IMG/VR virus record: IMGVR_UViG_3300030372_005099
Span: 1 to 27,662 of that record
Length of the DNA: 27,662 nt
Source of the DNA: a virus
Lineage: Duplodnaviria; Caudoviricetes
Strand: one strand, 5' to 3'
Shown here in pieces: positions 1-6,243 of this stretch. Numbering within the stretch: position 1 is the first letter of the stretch; each line of letters starts with the position of its first letter. A program made the translations under genes and the position numbers. The notes under the pieces were generated by a model that worked only from the letters and a program-made list of their open reading frames with translations, did not search any database and was not told the origin of the DNA.

Positions 1-298
1 CCCCCCCCTGCAAAATCTTGCACCCCTGCGCAAGATTCTGCACCCCTAATTTGTAGCGTGCATTTCCTGTTTTTGATTCATAACCGTCACGAACAATTAA
101 CCCCTTTTTCAGCAATTTACGCCGTGCATTTTGAACGCTTCTTACGCTTATGTTTAATATGTTGGATATGGTCGCCGAAGTGGGATACGCGACGCCATTT
201 TTACCCATGAAAAGCTTCATGATAAAATAAACGGCAGCTTCACTGGTCATGTCGAGCGCCTCTATTTCTTCACGTGTGATTTTAGTGTATTTGTACAT
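1..298 (-). CDS. Replication initiator, N-terminal winged-HTH part (partial, runs off window start; not in ORF track)
   Basis: Manual translation from ATG at 298: MYKYTKITREEIEALDMTSEAAVYFIMKLFMGKNGVAYPTSATISNILNISVRSVQNARRKLLKKGLIVRDGY..., a typical 'YPS..TIA..L..S.R.V.....L...GLI' HTH. In-gene iterons follow, as in lambda O-type initiators. Confidence 0.8.
   Translation of the reverse strand, partial: MYKYTKITREEIEALDMTSEAAVYFIMKLFMGKNGVAYPTSATISNILNISVRSVQNARRKLLKKGLIVRDGYESKTGNARYKLGVQNLAQGCKILQGG
9..46. repeat. Iterons of the probable replication origin
   Basis: TGCAAAATCTTGCACCCC (9-26) and GCAAGATTCTGCACCCC (30-46), with a third copy at 27632-27651. Each is quasi-palindromic and lies inside the initiator gene. 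Confidence 0.75.
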
Positions 299-626
299 TT
301 TCAAACCCTTTTGTACCTAACAAATGATGACACACAACAAAGGTGGAATAATCAGCCAGAACGGACAGCTGAACCGAAAAATCCTTGGCTATCATCATCT
401 TGATTCGGTTAAGTTCAGGGTCGTCTAAATTTGCGGCGCGTTCTTGTGCTTCTTCGAGCTTAATATGGGTTTCAATCAAAACGTCCTCCCACATTACGCT
501 GTATCGCCTCACCTCGTCTTTTGTGGTAAGCCCTAGTATGTACGGGTGAGTAGCCTGTAAAATCGATTGGAGGCGATTTTTGGGCTTGTGGCGTAAATCT
601 CTTAAAATCTCTTGTATTCGGTGCAT
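282..626 (-). CDS. Hypothetical protein
   Basis: ORF track 282..692. Start moved to ATG 626, directly after the SWIM gene stop (629-631). Its end overlaps the initiator start. Confidence 0.6.
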   Translation of the reverse strand: MHRIQEILRDLRHKPKNRLQSILQATHPYILGLTTKDEVRRYSVMWEDVLIETHIKLEEAQERAANLDDPELNRIKMMIAKDFSVQLSVLADYSTFVVCHHLLGTKGFENVQIH

Positions 627-628
627 TT

Positions 629-910
629 TTATTGCTCGCTTGGTTGATGTTTGTCTATTATGCTTTTTGAAAGGGCTAAAATATGCTTGCACGGCCTGAC
701 CCTGTCTTGACAGGTGCAGCTGACTGAATAGGGGCCGATTAAAACCGTGTGGCCTGATTTTTTTGTGACCCCTTTGACCTCTTCGGCTTGCTCGTTATAG
801 GTCCGCTCCAGCCATAAAACGCTTGAAATGTTATCAATCCTGTTCGATTGGTCCATGTGCGCCGCGCCGATTTGATGCCGCGCCAACGTGTAACAGTTTT
901 TAAAATCCAT
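629..910 (-). CDS. SWIM zinc-finger protein
   Basis: YSVSCTCQDRVRPCKHILAL matches the CxCx(n)CxH SWIM motif. ATG at 910. Confidence 0.75.
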   Translation of the reverse strand: MDFKNCYTLARHQIGAAHMDQSNRIDNISSVLWLERTYNEQAEEVKGVTKKSGHTVLIGPYSVSCTCQDRVRPCKHILALSKSIIDKHQPSEQ

Positions 911-932
911 TTGAACCCCCAAAGGGGCGGCA

Positions 933-1796
933 TTATGCCGCCGCCTTTTCTACTTTAAGGGATTTATTAACGAATTCGCAAGCCTTTGAAGCATCGCCGG
1001 CCGCCTTCCACAACATAGCTGGGTTGGCCTTCAATACTTGTGCCCAGTGTGCGCAATATGCGGCGCTCTGTTCTTTGCTTTCGTCGGTAGCCAGTCCAAG
1101 CTGCGAGCATAGAAACAAGGCACCAAGCTCGGCTATAAGCTCTTCGTATGAGTATTCGTGCTTGGCCTGTGACATGGTGCGGTCAAGTCGGCTTTTGTGG
1201 CCGGTGCTGTGAATAATTTCGTGTGCAACGGTTGACCATCCGCCAGCTTCTTGGGTGTAGCTTTTGGGTAGAATGATTCTATCAAGCTGGTAATTGTAAG
1301 CCGCGTAATTTGCGTAGCTGATTTTGATGTTTTGCGCTTCGGTGTATTGAAACAAGGCGCCCGCGTCACACTTGACGCCGTTGTCGGTTTTAGGCATTGC
1401 GACGGGTAAGCCGTCAACTTGGTCACGGTTGAACAATGAATAAGCGCGTAATGCGGCGTGGCTAAATACCTGCTCGCCTTTTTCTTCTTTAAAGATTGGC
1501 TTGTAAAACATGATTTTTGTGGCCTTCTCGCCTTTGCGCACGTTTCCGCCGGCCTTCTTCCATGCGTTGTAAGTTCCCCATTCTGAAGAGGTAAAGCCTT
1601 TCATTTGTGCGGTAGCCCACAACCAAAAGACATTTGACCCGCTGTACGCTTTGCCGGTTGATGTGCTGAAGGGTAAGCCTTGCGCCGCGCTGGCTTCCCA
1701 GCATTTTGACCAAGTCAAACCGGCCTCCAGCTGGCTGACGACGTATTCGGTTAATTCGGTTTGCATTGCTTTAAGTTGTGCATTGAGTTTAGACAT
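933..1796 (-). CDS. ardC: ArdC-like antirestriction protein (ssDNA-binding N-domain plus zincin-like metallopeptidase domain)
   Basis: N-terminal 'TGKAYSGSNVFWLW...WGTYNAWKKAGGNVRKGEKA'; C-terminal 'AHEIIHSTGH..RLDR...YSYEELIAELGA'. Start reassigned to ATG 1796 after RBS AACCAAGGA. Confidence 0.88.
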   Translation of the reverse strand: MSKLNAQLKAMQTELTEYVVSQLEAGLTWSKCWEASAAQGLPFSTSTGKAYSGSNVFWLWATAQMKGFTSSEWGTYNAWKKAGGNVRKGEKATKIMFYKPIFKEEKGEQVFSHAALRAYSLFNRDQVDGLPVAMPKTDNGVKCDAGALFQYTEAQNIKISYANYAAYNYQLDRIILPKSYTQEAGGWSTVAHEIIHSTGHKSRLDRTMSQAKHEYSYEELIAELGALFLCSQLGLATDESKEQSAAYCAHWAQVLKANPAMLWKAAGDASKACEFVNKSLKVEKAAA

Positions 1797-1804
1797 TTTG
1801 GGTT

Positions 1805-1865
1805 TCCTTGGTTGGTGTCCTTGATTGAACAATTTTAGTTTAAGTGATTGTAATACATTTGGCAA
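1805..1865 (-). promoter_or_regulatory. Early promoter P1 with spacer palindrome, 5' hairpin and RBS
   Basis: TTGCCA-17 bp (AATGTATTACAATCACT)-TAAACT, then TGTTCAATCAAGGACA-CCAACCAAGGA. Confidence 0.8.
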
Positions 1866-1892
1866 GTATTATTTTAATTTATTTTGTGCAGG

Positions 1893-1917
1893 AATAAAAG
1901 CGCCCCCTTGCGGGGGC
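1893..1917 (-). terminator. Intrinsic terminator
   Basis: GCCCCC-GCAA-GGGGGC-GCTTTTATT just after the stop at 1925. Confidence 0.7.
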
Positions 1918-1924
1918 TTTGCCG

Positions 1925-2569
1925 TTATGCGCTCAGCAGCCCTTTAAACTGGTTTAAAATGCCTTGGAGTCGCTCGTTTTCTTTTTGGTAATCATTTCTT
2001 ATTTCATTAATGATGTTTACAGCTTTTTTTGCATCAGCCAGCTTTTCTTCTAGCGCCTTGATGATTTCGTTTTGTTCGTTGATTTTATCCCAAAGCATAT
2101 CGGTTTCGTCGGTGTCGATTACTTCTGGGCTTTCTTCAAGACAGCCGTTGAATTGCAGCCACATGTCAACAACGGCGGGCATACATTCTTTAAGATATTC
2201 TAATTTATTGTAATTGGTTGGATTAGTGGCACGTTCTGACATTTCATATTTTTCAGCTATGTGTTCTTGATTAACAGGTATCAATTTACCATTGTCAAGA
2301 ACCGCAACCGGCATGCCTGATATGCTTTCAGTATCAACCCAATTTGCCTCCGGCCCATTTTGTAGATAAATATTGGTTTCGTCAATGACATAAAAAGGGC
2401 CGGTAAAATCTTTAAATCGATTTTGTGCCGCATCCATTAATTTTTGATGTTGTTCCCAGTCAAAGTGGCATGTTTTATATTCGTATCTGTAAGCCCTTGC
2501 GGTTTCGCCATTTGGCAAGGTGAATTTAACGCTTTTGCTTTTTCTAAGTGTGTATAGGTAGACTGACAT
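1925..2569 (-). CDS. Hypothetical early protein with C-terminal coiled coil
   Basis: ORF track. Start reassigned to ATG 2569 after RBS AACCAAGGA. Heptad-rich C-terminus. Confidence 0.7.
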   Translation of the reverse strand: MSVYLYTLRKSKSVKFTLPNGETARAYRYEYKTCHFDWEQHQKLMDAAQNRFKDFTGPFYVIDETNIYLQNGPEANWVDTESISGMPVAVLDNGKLIPVNQEHIAEKYEMSERATNPTNYNKLEYLKECMPAVVDMWLQFNGCLEESPEVIDTDETDMLWDKINEQNEIIKALEEKLADAKKAVNIINEIRNDYQKENERLQGILNQFKGLLSA

Positions 2570-2577
2570 TTTTGGTA

Positions 2578-2638
2578 TCCTTGGTTGGTGTTCTTGATTG
2601 AACAATTTAAAGATACCCTTTATTGTAATACAATGCAA
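2578..2638 (-). promoter_or_regulatory. Early promoter P2
   Basis: TTGCAT-17 bp (TGTATTACAATAAAGGG)-TATCTT, then TGTTCAATCAAGAACA-CCAACCAAGGA. Confidence 0.8.
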
Positions 2639-2646
2639 GTTTTATT

Positions 2647-2976
2647 TTAAAATAAATTATTTTCCACGAAATAAGTAGCCCGCGCGCGTGCATCTCTTGC
2701 CGTTGAACACTTGACAATTACGATGCCGGACTGATTGCAGAAAAAATCATGGTGGTCTTTTTCCCGTGAAAAAATCAGGCCGTTAACCTGCTCGACTCTG
2801 GCTTTGTGGCCGTGCGCCTTCTGTATGTTGTCATTACTCAAGAACAGCGCCTTAACGCCGTCAGATTCAACCAGATAACCAAATACGATATATTGGTCAG
2901 CGTTGTCTTTTAAAACCCCGTCAATAATCAATTCTATCTTGATTATTTCAGAAGCGTCTTTTTCTTCTTTATCCAT
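2647..2976 (-). CDS. Hypothetical protein
   Basis: 109-aa ORF filling the gap in the minus-strand gene run. Confidence 0.55.
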   Translation of the reverse strand: MDKEEKDASEIIKIELIIDGVLKDNADQYIVFGYLVESDGVKALFLSNDNIQKAHGHKARVEQVNGLIFSREKDHHDFFCNQSGIVIVKCSTARDARARATYFVENNLF

Positions 2977-2989
2977 TCTAAAACCCGCG

Positions 2990-3041
2990 TAAAAGTGCCC
3001 CTTTGATGAATGTTAGTTTGACGACTCGTTCATCAAAGGGG
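2990..3041 (-). terminator. Long hairpin, terminator- or attenuator-like
   Basis: CCCCTTTGATGAACG...CATTCATCAAAGGGG (14 of 15 bp) followed by CACTTTT. Confidence 0.5.
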
Positions 3042-3117
3042 GCTGGACGAAGATACAACATAATCTAAAATAAAGTTTCTTCATTAATTATTATAACACT
3101 TTTATTGGCATTGCATT

Positions 3118-3381
3118 TTATGATTTATTTTCGTCTACAATTTTCGTGACGGTCTCATGATTTAATATTTTAAATAACACTTCCAGATAGCCGCCAATCT
3201 TAACCCTGCTGGCGTTGTTAATCATTGCTGGATATTTTTGAGAATCATTATACATGTATCCGCTCAACAATCGGATTTGCTGGCTCATTTCAACGATAGC
3301 ATCAGATAGGTTTTCACAATCAGATTCGAGCTTTTGAATTGCTAGCTCTTGCTGTTTAATAATTTGTTCTTGATTAATCAT
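3118..3381 (-). CDS. Hypothetical coiled-coil protein
   Basis: 87-aa ORF with upstream RBS ACCGAGGA. Confidence 0.65.
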   Translation of the reverse strand: MINQEQIIKQQELAIQKLESDCENLSDAIVEMSQQIRLLSGYMYNDSQKYPAMINNASRVKIGGYLEVLFKILNHETVTKIVDENKS

Positions 3382-3436
3382 TTGGTTTTGTCCTCGGTGG
3401 TTTGGTTGTGCCCCCTTGCGGGGGCGGTGGGGGGGT

Positions 3437-3775
3437 TTAAAATATTTCTAGCTTTTCAATCAAAGAATCCAGCTTCATTAAGCTTGCTCGTTTTTCTTCC
3501 AACATTGGCCGGTAATCAAGCTCGTCACCTTTCATATTTCTAACCTCATCTTCTAGGAAGAAATATATCTCAAGCTCAAAACGCACATCCATATTGTTTG
3601 CAAATTTTATGACGCGCTCATCCCAATTTTTAATGGGGCCTTCTAATCCTAATATTTTACTTTTTCTAAGTAGAATAGTTATTGCCTGTTGTTCAATTTC
3701 GTTTATGTCCTCTTGGCTAAAAATTGTTTCAACGAAAATTTTGTTACCTTCTTCTTTTGTTATTGATGTAAGCAT
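3437..3775 (-). CDS. Hypothetical early protein
   Basis: ORF track. Start reassigned to ATG 3775 after RBS AACCGAGGA. Confidence 0.65.
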   Translation of the reverse strand: MLTSITKEEGNKIFVETIFSQEDINEIEQQAITILLRKSKILGLEGPIKNWDERVIKFANNMDVRFELEIYFFLEDEVRNMKGDELDYRPMLEEKRASLMKLDSLIEKLEIF

Positions 3776-3782
3776 TTTACGG

Positions 3783-3843
3783 TCCTCGGTTTGCGTTCTT
3801 GATTGAACAATTAATGAATACCATCTATTGTAATACAATGCAA
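3783..3843 (-). promoter_or_regulatory. Early promoter P3
   Basis: TTGCAT-17 bp (TGTATTACAATAGATGG)-TATTCA, then TGTTCAATCAAGAACG...AACCGAGGA. Confidence 0.75.
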
Positions 3844-3906
3844 ATTCTTTTTTTAAAAAAGGTTTTTAGGGTCAAATTCAGCAAAATATCTGAATGCTCA
3901 TAAAAC

Positions 3907-4002
3907 GCCCATAAATCGATTTTAAGCGCTTTTAGCCCTTAGCCTTATCGTAATACCTTTACAAAATAAAAACAAGAGTGCCCATCATACCTTGGTTTGC
4001 TG
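3907..4002. repeat. 96-bp dispersed non-coding repeat, copy A
   Basis: Ungapped match to 24036-24131, 79/96 identical by manual alignment. Confidence 0.9.
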
Positions 4003-4039
4003 CGGTTTTGCAATTTGCAATTATTCTGTAATTTATTAC

Positions 4040-4078
4040 AAAAAAAAAGGCCCGCGCTAATGCACAAGCGCGGGCCTT
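4040..4078 (-). terminator. Intrinsic terminator of erf
   Basis: AAGGCCCGCGCT-TGTGCATT-AGCGCGGGCC followed by T9. Confidence 0.9.
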
Positions 4079-4092
4079 AACCAAGGACGGGT

Positions 4093-4764
4093 TTAAAATG
4101 GTATATCATCGCCACCCGTTAGATTTATATCCGCTGAGTTTTCTGGTGTCAAGTCTTCAGTCACAAGCTTGACTTGGTCTTTCTTGAAATAGGTTAGCTT
4201 TTCCTTGTCTGGAAAACTGACGCCGACTTTAGCTTCATTCATCCACTTAATGACGCCGCGTTTGCCATCGCTCAAAACCTCGACTTCAGCTCCCTTCTCT
4301 AGTGTGGTGTAAACTTTCTTTTGGGCTGGCTGATTGTTGCCGCTGGATTTGCTGTAGCTCTTGTTGGAAAAGTCCGGCGTGCATGAATTGCCGTCGTCGT
4401 CCTCTTGTGTAATACCCAAAAGCGTAACGATGCCATAGCGCCGCGCGTAAGTGATTGCAGCGCCTAGCGCCTGCATGTCATCGCGGTCCATAATCAAAGG
4501 CAGCACGCAGTCGATTTGGGAGCCTGAGCCATGCATAACAACGGTTTGAAGATGTAAGCCGTTTTCTTTATCAACGATTGTTTGAGTCAGAAACAAATTG
4601 TTAGCATGCAACGCACTAAGGCACGCATTAAGAACGGAGCTTAAGTCGGCATAGCCGCCGCCTGAACCATCCTTACGGGCAAAGCGTTGATTTTTTGCAG
4701 ACTTTAAAGCGCTGTCGAATTGCGATTGCGCCGCGATTAGTGATTTTATAAATTCAGGGTTCAT
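4093..4764 (-). CDS. erf: ERF-family single-strand annealing recombinase with an SSB-like DDIPF tail
   Basis: 'GYADLSSVL' and 'ALGAAITYARRYGIVTLLGITQEDDDGN' ERF signature. Ends in GGDDIPF. Confidence 0.9.
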   Translation of the reverse strand: MNPEFIKSLIAAQSQFDSALKSAKNQRFARKDGSGGGYADLSSVLNACLSALHANNLFLTQTIVDKENGLHLQTVVMHGSGSQIDCVLPLIMDRDDMQALGAAITYARRYGIVTLLGITQEDDDGNSCTPDFSNKSYSKSSGNNQPAQKKVYTTLEKGAEVEVLSDGKRGVIKWMNEAKVGVSFPDKEKLTYFKKDQVKLVTEDLTPENSADINLTGGDDIPF

Positions 4765-4765
4765 T

Positions 4766-4900
4766 TTATTTGTCCTCGGTTAGGTCAATTGTGTAAAAGG
4801 CCCATATCAACAAAGCAAACATACACGGGCCGATTATGTACGTAGCTATTTTACAGAATGAAACAACAGCTTCACCATGTGAAATCAAAAATTCAGACAT
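4766..4900 (-). CDS. Small membrane protein, 44 aa (not in ORF track)
   Basis: MSEFLISHGEAVVSFCKIATYIIGPCMFALLIWAFYTIDLTEDK*, preceded by AACCAAGGA and promoter P4. Its stop is 1 nt before the erf ATG. Confidence 0.7.
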   Translation of the reverse strand: MSEFLISHGEAVVSFCKIATYIIGPCMFALLIWAFYTIDLTEDK

Positions 4901-4906
4901 GTTTAA

Positions 4907-4949
4907 TCCTTGGTTATGGTTATTATATCATGATTGTAATACTTTACAA
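4907..4949 (-). promoter_or_regulatory. Promoter P4 (variant without the 5' hairpin)
   Basis: TTGTAA-16 bp (AGTATTACAATCATGA)-TATAAT with extended TG; RBS AACCAAGGA. Confidence 0.7.
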
Positions 4950-4955
4950 GTATAA

Positions 4956-4995
4956 ACCACAAAGACCCGCCCCCGAAGGGGCGAGCTGCTGCGGT
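4956..4995 (-). terminator. UUCG hairpin or terminator
   Basis: CTCGCCCC-TTCG-GGGGCGGG, extendable by ACCGCAG/TTGTGGT, right after the stop at 4998. Confidence 0.6.
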
Positions 4996-4997
4996 CG

Positions 4998-5615
4998 TTA
5001 GAAGGTTCTTAATTTTCCAGACTCAAAAATTTCTTCATACAAATCATCAGTATCAAAAATATCGTGCGTCGGAATCTTTAGATAATCATACCAGTCACGG
5101 CATTGTAGCTTATAGAGGTTATTAAATTTAGTTTTGCCGTCATTTCTTATTTTTAAGCCGTACATTTTTGTTACTGTATCGCCCATTGAATGAAGGCTAT
5201 CACCGATAAAAGCTGACCATCCAGTGATTTTAAAAAGCTTTACTTCGTGACCTGAGCCATTAAATAATCCTTTCTTTATCATTAAATCAATCGTGCCCCA
5301 GTCGGCATAATTAATAGCGTTGTGTAACGCTTTGCGGATTGTATCGCTTTTTGCCCATGTGCCGCCGCATATTGTGCCGATTTTTGCAACGTATTGCACA
5401 GGTCGAAGACTACCGGCCGCCAATACTTCGGCGATTTCGTATTTTGAAACAGCTTCGATGCACACGTCCCACATTTCAGCGTCAAAATAACAGCTTTCAC
5501 CGGTCAATACATTACGGCCGGCGTAGTATCTATCATATCGAGATTCGAGCACTTCACAATAAAGCGTTTCTTGAGTCTCCTTGTTATTAATCATGATTTT
5601 AATATAATCAGTCAT
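4998..5615 (-). CDS. Hypothetical early protein
   Basis: ORF track. Start reassigned to ATG 5615 after RBS AACCAAGGA. Confidence 0.7.
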   Translation of the reverse strand: MTDYIKIMINNKETQETLYCEVLESRYDRYYAGRNVLTGESCYFDAEMWDVCIEAVSKYEIAEVLAAGSLRPVQYVAKIGTICGGTWAKSDTIRKALHNAINYADWGTIDLMIKKGLFNGSGHEVKLFKITGWSAFIGDSLHSMGDTVTKMYGLKIRNDGKTKFNNLYKLQCRDWYDYLKIPTHDIFDTDDLYEEIFESGKLRTF

Positions 5616-5622
5616 TGATTTG

Positions 5623-5684
5623 TCCTTGGTTAGGTGTTCAGAATTGAACATTTTAAGCATATCCTTTATTGTATTACAATGCAA
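5623..5684 (-). promoter_or_regulatory. Early promoter P5
   Basis: TTGCAT-17 bp (TGTAATACAATAAAGGA)-TATGCT, then TGTTCAATTCTGAACA-CCTAACCAAGGA. Confidence 0.8.
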
Positions 5685-5743
5685 ATTGTTTTTTAAAAAA
5701 GGTTAATTATTTTTTTTTGGCCGGTTGCCGTGCTATAAAAAAA

Positions 5744-5808
5744 GCGCGGTCGCATCTCCTGTTACCGTGTGAAATTGTAGGGGTGGGGCGCCCGCCCTGC
5801 CCCTCTTA
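5744..5808 (+). ncRNA. Candidate two-hairpin small RNA or leader with an anti-SD loop
   Basis: Follows TG-C-TATAAA (5731-5739). Stem GCGCGGT/ACCGTGT encloses CATCTCCTG. A second stem spans 5779-5804. G-U pairs work only on the + strand. Confidence 0.45.
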
Positions 5809-5826
5809 AAATATAAGGTGGATAGA

Positions 5827-6234
5827 ATGGCTGATAGAATGATACACTTAATTAAAAAATCCGTTGACTCGACTCAAAAAACGAGCGTCGGGACCAGTTA
5901 CGACACAGCAAAAAAGGCGACATTAGAGCTGGCAATGCCCCCTAATTTTCCTTTGAATTTTCACCTTAGCGCGGTTTATGTTCAAATGAGCAGCTTAAAC
6001 TCCAGCCCTACAAAGCTGACGGTTAAGATTACAACCGACAGCGGCGGCGACGAAGCTATATTAACAAGCACAGAAAGCACAATTGATGTCGGCGTCACAA
6101 CGGCGACAGACGGCTCAGCAATCTATAAATTAGATGTTGATTATATCTTTGAATCGTCAACAATTTATGCGTTCTTTAAAACTGACGCGGGCACTGTAAG
6201 TATTGACAAAATCGAGCTTACATACCACGAATAA
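5827..6234 (+). CDS. Hypothetical beta-rich protein, possibly virion-associated
   Basis: ORF track (GTG 5818; ATG 5827 follows AAGGTGGA). T/S/D-rich alternating beta pattern. Confidence 0.65.
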   Translation: MADRMIHLIKKSVDSTQKTSVGTSYDTAKKATLELAMPPNFPLNFHLSAVYVQMSSLNSSPTKLTVKITTDSGGDEAILTSTESTIDVGVTTATDGSAIYKLDVDYIFESSTIYAFFKTDAGTVSIDKIELTYHE

Positions 6235-6243
6235 GGGGGCTAA

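Noticed and set aside
1797-5684. Similar N-termini (MHCITIK..FNQEHQP) of ORFs 933..1865, 1925..2638, 3437..3838 and 4998..5684, suggesting a shared signal peptide
   Set aside because: These are translations of the repeated promoter/leader from upstream non-ATG triplets. The real starts follow the RBS at 1796, 2569, 3775 and 5615.
1805-5684. Repeats separated by unique DNA, suggesting a CRISPR or integron attC array
   Set aside because: The spacers are whole genes of variable length, the repeats are promoters, and I saw no cas or integrase gene.
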